A stretch of 64,000 nucleotides of DNA from the human T2T-CHM13v2.0 reference genome, Homo sapiens: assembly GCF_009914755.1 (NCBI RefSeq), contig NC_060947.1, one strand, 5' to 3'. The position numbers and the translations under genes are program-made. The notes beneath the pieces are model-generated. The model saw only the letters and a program-made list of their open reading frames with translations, did not search any database and was not told the DNA's origin. Each line of letters begins with the position of its first letter. Positions within the stretch are counted from its first letter, which is position 1. Shown here piece after piece: positions 26,438 through 41,280 of this stretch.

Positions 26438-27449
26438 ATGGGGAAAAAACAGAGCAGAAAAACTGAAAACTCTAAAAATCAGAGTGCCTCTCCTCCAAAG
26501 GAATGCAGCTCCTCACCAGCAATGGAACAAAGCTGGACGGAGAATGACTTTGACGAGTTGAGAGAAGAAGGCTTCAGACGATCAAACTACTCCGAGCTAA
26601 AGGAGGAAGTTTGAACCCATGGCAAAGAAGTTAAAAACATTGAAAAAAAATTAGACGAATGGCTAACTAGAATAACCAATGCAGAGAAGTCCTTAAAGGA
26701 CCTGATGGAGCTGAAAACCAAGGCACGAGAACTACCTGACAAATGCACAAGCCTCAGTAGCTGATGTGATCAACTGGAAGACAGGGTATCAGTGATGGAA
26801 GATCAAATGAATGAAATGAAGTGAGAAGAGAAATTTAGAGAAAAAAGAATAAAAAGAAACAAACAAAGCCTCCAAGAAATATGGGACTATCTGAAAAGAC
26901 CAAATCTACGTCTGATTGGTGTACCTGAAAGTGACGGGGAGAATGGAACCAAGTTGGAAAACACTCTGCAGGATATTATCCAGGAGAACTTCCCGAATCT
27001 AGCAAGGCAGGCCAACATTCAAATTCAGGAAATACAGAGAACGCCACAAAGATACTCCTCGAGAAGAGCAACTCCAAGATACATAATTGTCAGATTCACC
27101 AAAGTTGAAATGAAGAAAAAATGTTAAGGGCCGCCAGAGAGAAAGGTTGGATTACCCACAAAGGGAAGCCCATCAGACTAACAGCTGATCTCTCGGCAGA
27201 AACTCTATAAGCCAGAAGAGTGGGGGGCCAATATTCAACATTCTTAAAGAAAAGAATTTTCAACCCAGAATTTCATATCTGGCCAAACTAAGCTTCATAA
27301 GTGAAGGAGAAATAAAATCCTTTACAGACAAGCAAATGCTGAGAGATTTTGTCACCACCAGGCCTGCCCTACAAGAGTTCCTGAAGGATGAACTAAACAT
27401 GGAAAGGAAAAACTGGTACCAGCCACTGCAAAAACATTCCAAATTGTAA
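26438..27449 (+). pseudogene. L1PA ORF1p (RNA-binding chaperone), disrupted
   Basis: ATGGGGAAAAAACAG start, AAATTGTAA end; in-frame TGA at 26612-26614 and further lesions. Confidence 0.9.
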
Positions 27450-27497
27450 AGACCATCGAGGCTAGGAAGAAACTGCATCAACTAACGAGCAAAATAA

Positions 27498-31341
<3,844 letters not shown>

Positions 31342-33539
31342 ATAATGAGAACACATGGACACAGGAAGGGGAACATCACACACCAGGGCCTGTGGTGGGG
31401 GGGGAGGGGGGAGGGATAGCATTAAGAGACATACCTAATGTTAAATGATGAGTTAATGGGTGCAGCCCACCAACATGGCACATGTATACATATGTAACTA
31501 ACCTGCACATTGTGCACATGTACCCTAGAACTTAAAGTATAATTAAAAAAAGACATTATATAAGTCTCTGGGGGTAATTAAAACATTATAAGTTATCTGG
31601 GGGTAATACATTTATCCATTATCAATCACTATCATCTAAATATTCATTAGATCATCACATTAATTAAAAATTGTATACAGAGAAATAACATGATGAAAAA
31701 GTTTCTGGAAGATTCATTTGACATCTGTGTGGAAAACCAATTAGGACTAGAAAGAAGCCAGAGCCCTGCCCACAAGTTAAGAGGCTGTTTTATAGGAAAT
31801 TCTATTGCCAAATAAAAGAATAAGTTGCAACTGATACATCTTATAAGTTTTATAAATTTGGAAATGTATGTGTGTGTTTGTGTGTGCCTATGTGTCTCTG
31901 TTCATACTAGAAAACAAATCCAATCTGAAGGGCTCTGTTAAGCAATAAACATAAAGCTGTAGATATACAAAGGGAAACCCAGACTTCGTTTTGAAGTTGC
32001 TGCTAGAGAGAGCTGAATTACTCTGCATAAGAATATTCATATTTGCATAATACATTTATATTTCTCCTGGGAGGACAGGAGCAAAAGGAAAAGAAAAGGG
32101 AAAAAGCCACCAAGAGAGAAAAAGGAAACTGAGCCACATGGTAGGAGACTAGAGCTTGGGTTGCAGAAATGGCTGAAGGACTTTGAATGACAGAGATGGC
32201 TACCACTTTATTTGAAGTTGTTTGCATGCCTGTAGTAAAGATCCCTCCATATCCCCTATGCTTCAGTAAAATATGCTGTTTGTTTGAGTCAACATAGTGT
32301 AGAAAAGAAATAGCACACACACCATAGTGAGAAGATCTTGAAATAAAACAGACTCAGCAATGTCAAGAGCTCAGAGCTAGAGGTGACATCATTAACATTA
32401 GCGCCCTGGAAACTCACAGCTTGAAAAGAGCTTTGGACTGCCCGTAATCTCTAGGATGGAAGTTCGAGCTAATCTTATCTAGATTTTAAGGATGATGAGG
32501 GTAATCCTAGTTGACTTCTAGATTACATATGTATAGGATTTTCCTAAAGTGAAATGCAAAAGCAACAGGAGCTAGGAAGTTTTCCAATCCAATTTGGTTG
32601 CCATAGGCCCCTGGACTATATTTTTCCTTTTCTTCTTCTTTTCTTTATTTAAAATATTTTTCTGTTTTCCTAGTTTTTCTGTTTTCCCCTCTCACTCAAG
32701 GCTGGAAACGGTAAATTGCCAAAAAAAAAAAAAAAAAGGTACAGTAATTCCAATCCCAGCTAGATCACGCCTACAATCTGCAATCTGAGATGTATTAAGA
32801 AAGAAAACTGATCAACGTATAAGAATATTGCAAGCCATATGCCAGTGTCAGGCGGCAAAGCTGCAGCTGCGCTATCAATTAGAACATTCTAATACCCAGT
32901 TATGAAGACTGACACCTTGGAAGTAATTAAGTACTGGATATTTTTAGGTAATTGCTGTTGCAGGACCACACAACCTGTGCATTTGGGAGACCAAAGGCTT
33001 GATAGTGGCTTCTTCCTCGGAGGCTGTACTATCTTAATTGTCCCTAATCACTTCAACACCTATGGTGTTTAGTGATTGCCTCAAGCATAGCAATAGGTCA
33101 AACGTGAACCAAGGGGGAACCATTGCCTTATTTTTTTCCTTGCTAAGTATCATGAAAAGCAGCAGGGGCATATTGGAATATCAGACTAAACCACAATGAC
33201 AGAAATAACCCATTGACATGCCAGATTCCCATTAAGAGTATACACTGCTACAGCTAATTTCCTATGGCCAGTAGGGGATTCTAGGAGGCAATAATCATTC
33301 TGTCAAGATGCTAAAATTGTCAAAGATGTCTTTCTAACAGAAAAAAAGAGAGAAAATCTTAGCTAATTATTATTTAGTTAGCATATCAGTAGTGTGTGTC
33401 CCCACCATGTCAGTCATCAAGCCCTAAGCCACACATTGTAGGGGCAACAGAAAGGGGCTTAATGCCAATAACAAAGAATTCACAGCAGCACTTTTGCATG
33501 GAATCAGGATTGTCAAACTAGAAGCAGCCTTGGGAATCA

Positions 33540-33721
33540 GCGGCCTGCGTGTTTCTCAGCTTGATCTACACATTGAAATCACCTGGGAGCTTTTAAAAAC
33601 TGCCTGGGCTTCAACTTCAATTAATCAAATTAAAATCTGGGGGGGAAGGGGTCTCTGGACATTGATGTATTTTATAGCTCCCCAGGCAATTCTGATATGC
33701 AGTCAAAGTGGAGAACCACTT
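33540..33721. mobile_element. MER5A
   Basis: TTTCTCAGC...AAATCACCTGGGAGCTTTTAAAAA...CCCCAGGCAATTCTGATATGCAG...GAGAACCACT. Confidence 0.75.
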
Positions 33722-33729
33722 ATTCATCC

Positions 33730-33995
33730 AACTCCCTAATGTTACAGGTTAGAGATCTGAGACCCACAGAGAAGAAATGCTTTATCCAAGGTCATACACT
33801 GCGTGGCAATTCTAGACCTAGAATTAATCCTCTGGACTCTCAGTGGGTGCTCTTTTTCCCCTAATGAAATGAGGCTTCCAATTCAAGGAACTGAGACTTA
33901 GAGAAGGTAAAGAACTTGCTCAAGATCACACACCTTGTGGCAGAACTGAGATTTGAACCCAGGCAGTCTGATTACACAGTCTGTGCATTTAGCTG
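33730..33995 (-). mobile_element. Two adjacent MIR fragments
   Basis: CCAAGGTCATACAC and ACTTGCTCAAGATCACAC...GATTTGAACCCAGGCAGTCTGA. Confidence 0.7.
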
Positions 33996-34244
33996 CTACA
34001 GTGTTTACATCCCAAAACAAAGCTTATCAACAGGATCAGGCTTAGTGCCAAATGATATGGAGACCAGCAGTGCTAGAGGAATGCAGAGAAGGAGGAGGCT
34101 AAATCTGAGCAGGACCTAGAGATTCAGGCAGGATTTGGAGAAGTTGACTTGCCAGGTTGAGGGGAGTTGTGGCAAGAGTGACGTCAGTGAAGGTGTAAAT
34201 ATGGGAATCCACAAGGTGTTAGAAGGAAGTAAGTGACAACTTTT

Positions 34245-34760
34245 TAAAAAATTAATTTCAAACTTAAATGTTGCATGAATAGTACAGAGAACTCCTGTAT
34301 ACCCTTTATGCAGGTTCAGCAATTTTTAACATTTTGCCTCATTTGCTTTCTCTCTGCCTCTCTGTCTTCTCTATTACACACACACACACACGTTAATCAG
34401 CGTTGTTTGGGGATGCAAATAGCATGGTAGCTAAATGTACTGACTATATATATATTTAAATATATATACACACTCATATATATGTCACATATAGAATTTA
34501 TTATATATAATTAATTGGCATATATGACATAGAAATTTATATATCATGTTTGATATATTTATATATGATTTATTTTTATGAACCTGTTAAAGGTAGATCA
34601 CATACATCAATTCCCTTTACCCCTTAATACTTCAGTTTGTATCTCCAAAGGACAAAAATATTATTTTAGATAACCACAATACAGTTATTAAATTCAGGAA
34701 ATTTAACATTGTTATTTTATCTTATCTACGGTCTATACTCTAATTTTTTCCCAATAATAT
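34245..34760 (-). mobile_element. L1MC4/5-like 3' end (left part; host of the L1PB insertion)
   Basis: AATAGTACAGAGAACTCCTGTATACCCTT...CCCTTAATACTTCAG...TAACCACAATACAGTTAT. Confidence 0.65.
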
Positions 34761-35004
34761 CAGTTACCGCATTTTTTTAGCATTCTTTTTTTTCCCATAT
34801 GTTATTGGGGTACAGGTGGTATTTGGTTACATAAGTAAGTTCTTTAGTGGTGATTTGTGAGATTTTGGTGCAGTATACACTGCAGTATACACCAAGCAGT
34901 ATACACTGCACCCTAATTGTAGCCTTTTATCCCTCACACCCTCCCACTCTTCCCCCCAAGTCCTCAAAGTCCATTGTATCATTCTTATGCCTTTGCAACC
35001 TTGT

Positions 35005-38000
35005 AGCTTAGCTGCCACATATCAGTGAGAACATACAGTGTTTGGTTTTCCATTCCTGAGTTACTTCACTTAGAAGAAGTCTCCAATCTCATCCAGGTCA
35101 CTGTGAATGCTGTTAATTCATTCCTTTTTATGGCTGAGTAGTATTCCATCGTATATATATACAACAGTTTCTTCATCCACTCGTTGACTGATGGGCATTT
35201 GGGTTGGCTCCATGATTTTGCAATTGTGAATTGTGCTGCTATAAACATGCAAGTCCAAGTATCTTTTTTGAATAATGACTTCTTTTCCTCTGGGTAGATA
35301 CCCAGCAGCGGGATTGCAGGATCAAATAGTAGTCCTACTTTTAGTTCTTTAATGAATCTCCACACTGTTTTCCACAGTGGATATATCAGTTTACATTCCC
35401 ACCAGCAGGGTAGAAGTGTTCCCTGATCACTGCATCCATGCCAACATCTACTGTTTTTTCATTTTGTTATTATGGCCATTGTTGCAGGAGTAAAGTGATA
35501 TCACATTGTGGTTTTGATTTGCATTTCCCTGATCATTAGTGATGTTGAGTATTATTTCATATGTTTGTTGGCCATTTGTATATCTTCTTTTGAGAATTGT
35601 CTATTCATGTCCTTAACCCACTTTTTGATGGGATTGTTTGTTTGTTTCTTACTGATTTGTTTGAGTTCATTGTAGATTCTGAATATTAGTTCTTTGTCAG
35701 ATGTATAGATTGTGAAGGTTTTCTCCCACTCTGTGGGTTGTCTGTTTACTCTGCTGACTGTTCCTTTTGCTGTGCAAAAGCTCTTTAGTTTAATTAAGTC
35801 CCAACTATTTATCTTTGTTTTTATTGCATTTTCTTTTGGGTTCTTGATCATGAAATCCTTGCCTAAGCCAATGTCTAGAAGGGTTTTTCCAATGTTATAT
35901 TCTAGAATTTTTATAGTTTCAGGTCTTAAGTCCTTAATCCATCTTGAGTTGATTTTTGTATAAGGTGAGAGATAAGGATCCAGTTTCATTCTTCTACATG
36001 CGGCTAGCCAATTATCGCAGCACCATTTGTTGTAAACGGTGTCCTTTCCCCACTTTATGTTTTTGTTTGCTTTGTCGGAGATCAGTTGGCTGTAAGTATT
36101 TGGGTTTATTTCTGGGTTCTCTATTCTGTTCCACTGGTCTATGTGCCTATTTTTATAACAGTATGATGCTGTTTCGGTGACTATGGACTTATAGTATAGT
36201 TTGAAATCAGGTAGTGTGATGCCTCCAGATTTGTTCTTTTTGCTTAGTCTTGCTTTGGCTATGCGGGCTCTTTTTTTTGTTCCATAAGAATTTTAGAATT
36301 GTTTTCCTATTTCTGTGAAGAATGACAGTGGTATTTGATGGGGATTGCATTGAATTTGTAGATTGCTTTTGTCAGTACGGTCATATTCACAATATTGATT
36401 CTGCCCAATCCATGAGCATGGGATGTGTTTCCATTTGCTTGTGTCGTCTATGGTTTCTTTCAGGAGTGTTTTGTAGATTTCCTTGTAGAGGTCTTTTGCC
36501 TCCTTGGTTAGGTATATTCCTAAGTATTTTATTTTTTGGCATCTATTGTAAAAAGGGTTGAGTTCTTGATTTGATTCTCAGCTTAGTCACTGTTGGTGTA
36601 TAGGAGAGCTACTGATTTGTGTACATTAATTTTGCATCTGGAAATTTTGCTGAATTCTTTCATCAGTTCTAGAATCTTTTTGGAGGACTCTTTTGGGGTT
36701 TTCTAGGTATACAATCATATTATTCAGCAAACAGCAACAGTTTGACTTCCTGTTTACTGATTTGAATGCCTTTATTTCTTTCTCTTGTTTGATTGCTCTG
36801 GCTAGGACTTCCAGTACTATGGTGAAGAGGAGTGGTGAGAGTGGGCATCCTTGCCTTGTTCCAGTTCTCAGAGGGAATGCTTTCAAATTTTCCCCATTCA
36901 GTATTATGTTGGCTGCAGGTTTGTCATAGATGGCTTTTATTACATTAAGGAATGTCCCTTGTATGCCGATTTTGCTGAGCTTTAATCAGCAAGGGATGCT
37001 GGATTTTGTCCAATGCTTTCACTGCATCTATTGAGATGATCATGTGATTTTTGTTTTTAATTCCGTTTATGTGGTGTATCTCATTTATTGACTTGTGTAT
37101 GTTAAACCATCCCTGCATCCCTGGTATGAAACCCACTTGATCGTGGTGGATTATCTTTTTGATATGTTGTTGGATTCAGTTAGTTAGTATTTTCTTAAGG
37201 ATTTCAGCATCTATGTTCATCAAGGATATCCATCTATAGTTTTCTTTTCTGGTTATGTCCTTTTCTGGTTTTGGTATTAGGGTGATACTGGCTGTATGGA
37301 ATGAATTAGGGAGGGTCCCTTCTTTCTCTATCTCGTGGAATAGTGTCAAAAGGATTGGTACCAATTCTTTGAATGTCTGGTAGAATTCTGCTGTTAATCC
37401 GTCTGGTCCTGGATTTTTTTGTTGGTAATTTTTTAATTACCAACTCAATCTCGCTGCTTGTTATTGGTCTGTTCGGGGTATCTAATTCTTCACAATTTAA
37501 GTTAGGAAGATTGTATTTTTCCAGGAATTTATTCATCTCTTCTAGGTTTTCTAGTTTATGTGCGTAAAGGTGTTCATAGTAGCCTTGAAGGCTCATTTGC
37601 ATTTCAGTGGTGTCAGCTGCACTATCTCCTGTTTCGTTTCTTACTGAGGTTATTTGGATTTTCTCTCTTCTTTTATTGGTTAATCTTGCTAATGGTCTAT
37701 CAATTTTATTTATCTTTTCAAAGAACCAGCCTTTGGTTTCATTTATCTTTTGTATTTTTTTTGTTTCAATTTCATTTAGTTCTAATCTGATCTTGGTAAT
37801 TTCTTTTCTTCTGCTGGGTTTTGGTTTGGTTTGTTCTTGTTTCTCTAGTTCCTTGAGATGTGACCTTAGAATGCCAGTGTGTACTCTGTCAGTCTTTTTG
37901 ATGTGGGCTTTGGGACTATGAACGTTCCTCTTAGCACCACCTTTGCTGTATCCCCAAGGTTTTGATGGGTTGTGTCATTATTGTCGTTCAGTTCAAATAA

Positions 38001-38800
38001 TTTTTTAATTTTCATCTTAATTTCACTTTTGACCCAATGCTCATTCAGGAGTAGGCTATTTAATTTCCATGTATTTGCATGGTTTTGAAGGGTTTTTTTG
38101 GAGTTGATTTCCAGTTTTATTCCACTTTAGTCTGAGAGAGTGCTTGATATAATTTTAATTTTCTTAAATTTATTGAGGCTCATTCCATGGCCTATCTTGG
38201 AGAAAGTTTCATGCGCTGTTGTATAGAATGTGTATTTTGTGGTTGTTCGGTGGAATCTTCTGTACATATCTGTTAAGTCCATTTGCTCCAAGGCGTAGTT
38301 ATATCCATTGTCTCTTTGTTGATTTGCTGTCTTGATGACCTGTCTAGTGCTGTCAGTGGAGTATTGAAGTCCCGCACTATTATTGTCTTGCTGTCTATCT
38401 CATTTGTTAGGTCTGTTAGTAATTGTTTTGTAAATTGGGAGCTCCAGTGTTAGGTGCAAGTATGTTTAGGATTGTGATATTTTCCTGTTGGACAAAGCCT
38501 TTTACCATTATATAATGTTCCTCTTTGTCTCTTTCAACTGCTGTTGCTTTAAAGTGGTTTTATCTGATACAAGAATAGCTACCCCTGCTCGCTTTTGGTG
38601 TCCATTTGCATTAATGCCTTTTTCCATCCCTTTACTTTAAATTTATGCGAGTCCTTATGTGTTAAGTGAGTCTCCTGAAGGCAGTAGATAGTTGGTTAGT
38701 GAGTTTTTATCCATTCTGCAGTTCCGTATCTTTTAAGTGGAGCATTTAGGCCATTTACATTCAATGTTAGTATTGAGATATGAGGTACCATTGCATTCAT
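35005..38800 (-). pseudogene. L1PB ORF2p, fragmented
   Basis: MNAMVPHISILTLNVNGLN start at 38800; track fragments [28 protein letters not shown] and [11 protein letters not shown]. Confidence 0.88.
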
Positions 38801-38880
38801 CACGCTATTTGTTGCCTGTGTACCTTGTTTTTTGTTTTTGCTTTTTAACTTGTATTTTTGTTTTATATATCCTGTGTGAT

Positions 38881-39900
38881 TTATGCTTTAAAGAGGTTCT
38901 GTTTTGATGTGTTTCCAGGATTTGTTTCAAGATTTAGAGCTCCTTTTAGCAGTTCTTGCAGTGGTGTCTTGGTAGTGGTGAATTCTCTCTGCATTTGTTT
39001 ATCTGAAAAAGACTGTATCTTTTCTTCAAATACGATGCTTAGTTTCACTGGATACAAAATTCTTGGCCGATAATTGTTTTGTTTGAGGAGGTTGAAGATA
39101 GGGCCCCAATCTATTCTATCTGGTAGGGTTTCTGCTAAAAAATCTGCTGTTAATCTGACAGGTTTTCCTTTATAGGTTACCTGATGCTTCTGTCTCACAG
39201 CTCTTAAGATTCTTTCCTTCGTCTTAACTTTAGATAACCTGATGACAATGTGCCTAGGCAGTGATCTGTTTGCGATGAATTTCCCAAGTGTTCTTTGTGC
39301 TTCTTGTATTTGAATGTCCAGGTCTCTAGCAAGGCTAGGGAAGTTTTTCTTGATTATTTCCCCAAATATGTTTTCCAAACTTTTAGATTTCTCTTCTTCC
39401 TCAGGAATGCTGATTATTCTTAGGTTTGGTTGCTTAACATAATTCCAGACTTCTTGGAGGCTTTGTTCATATTTTCTTATTCTTTTTTCTTTGTCTCTGT
39501 TGGATTGGCTTAATTCAAATACCTTGTCTTCGAGCTCTGAATCCCTTTATTCTACTTGTCCAATTCTATTGATGAGACTTTCCACAGAATTTTGCATTTC
39601 TATAAATGTGTCCATTGTTTCCTGAAGTTTTGATTGTCTTTTATTTATGCTATCTATTTCCTTGAATATCTCTCCCTTCACTTCTTGTATCATTTTTTGG
39701 ATTTCTTTACATTTGGCTTCACCTTTCTCTGGTGCCTCCCTTATTACCTTAATAATTAATCTCCTGAATTCTTTTTCTGGTAAAACAGGGATTCCTTCTT
39801 GCTTTGGGTCCATTGCTGGTGAACTAGTGTAATTTTTGGGGGGTGTTAAAGAGCCTTGTTTTGTCATGTTACCAGAGTTGGTTTTCTGATTTCTTCTCAT
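38881..39900 (-). pseudogene. L1PB ORF1p, broken into two ORFs
   Basis: MRRNQKTNSGNMTKQGSLTPPK... (39547-39900) and ...RHIVIRLSKVKTKERILRAVR...NLFKA* (38881-39378). Confidence 0.88.
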
Positions 39901-40685
39901 CTGGGTAGGCTCTGTCAGAGGGAAGGTCTAGGGCTGAAGGCTGTTGTTCAGATTCTTTTGTTCCATGGTGTGTTCCCTCGATGTAGTACTCTCCCCCTTT
40001 TCCTATGGCTGTGGCTTCCTGTGAGCCAAGCTGTAGTGATTATTGTCTCTCTTCTGGGTCTAGCCACCCAGCTAGTCTGCCAAGCTCTGGGCTGGTACTG
40101 GGGATTGTCTGCACAGAGTCCTGTGATGTGAACTTTCTATGGGTCTCTCAGCCGTGGATACCAGCGCCTGTTCCAGTGGAGGTGGCAGGGGGAGTGAAAT
40201 GGACTCTGTGAGGGTTCTTAGCTTTGGTGGCTTAATGCTCTATTTTTGTGCTGGTTGGCATCCTGCCGGGAGGGGGCGCTTTCCAGAAAGCATCAGCTGT
40301 GGTAGTATGGAGAGGAACTGGCAGTGGGCAGGGCCCTAGAACTCCCAAGATTATATGCCCTTTGTCTTCAGCTGCCAGAGTGGATAGGAAAGGCCCATCA
40401 GGTGGGGGGTAGGGCTAGGTATGTCTGAGCTCAGACTCTCTTTGGGCAGGTCTTGCTGCGGATGAGTGTTTGGGTTATCTCCCAGGTCCTACAAGAGCAG
40501 TCCCCTTCCTTCAGCGGGTCTGTGGGTCCTCTCAGGATTGATGATTTATTCTTGCAGTTGATCTGGAGCTACAATTCATGATGTGAGCCTCCGCACGCTG
40601 CTCTCTACATCCGAGTCAGGGCTGCGATCTAGTCCTGCCTCCCATCTGCCATGATAGTATTGTGTCTCTTCAGTTATCACATTTT

Positions 40686-41280
40686 GGTTCCTCCAGTACA
40701 AAAACCAACCTAGCATCATGCATTACATTTAATTATCATGCCCCTTTAGTTTCCTTTAATCTCAAATGGTTCTACAGCCTTTCTTTGTCTTTCATAACAC
40801 TGACATCTTTGAAGAGTATAGGCCTGCTATTTTATAGATCATTCCTCAATTTTGGTTTCTTTGATGTCTCCTTATGATTGGATTCAGGCTATGCATTACC
40901 AGACAGAAAACTACATTAATGACATGTTCTATTCAGAACACCATATTTAGAGGACACAATATCTACCTGTGACATTGATTTTGATCACCCAGTCAAGACA
41001 TTGTCCAGTTTTTTCACTATATACTCTCTTTCATTTCATAATTAAAATGCAATCTATGAAGAAACACTGAAACTATGCAAATATCTATTTACTCATCAAA
41101 TTCTCCCCTGCCATAGTTAGGATTTATTGATGATTCTTGCCTCAAGCCTCTGTACTACGATGGCAGCAAAATGGTGATTTTCAGCTCTACTATTCCTTCC
41201 ACAGATATCAGTCAGCATGCTACCATAAAAAAGAGACCTTCCTTCTCATTTGTTTATCTATTTATTATTGGTGTACACTT
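40686..41280 (-). mobile_element. L1MC4/5-like 3' region (right part, continues 34245-34760)
   Basis: TAGTTTCCTTTAATCT...TTTGAAGAGTATAGGCC...GATTCAGGCTATGCATT. Confidence 0.65.

Larger units (their letters stand above)
34776..40669 (-). mobile_element. Near full-length L1PB1 (L1PBa-type 5' end), inactive
   Basis: 3' end GTTATTGGGGTACAGGTGGTATTTGGTTAC; 5' end ATCATGGCAGATGGGAGGCAGGACTAG (reverse strand); TSD TCAGTTAYCRCATTTT at 34760-34775 and 40670-40685. Confidence 0.92.
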
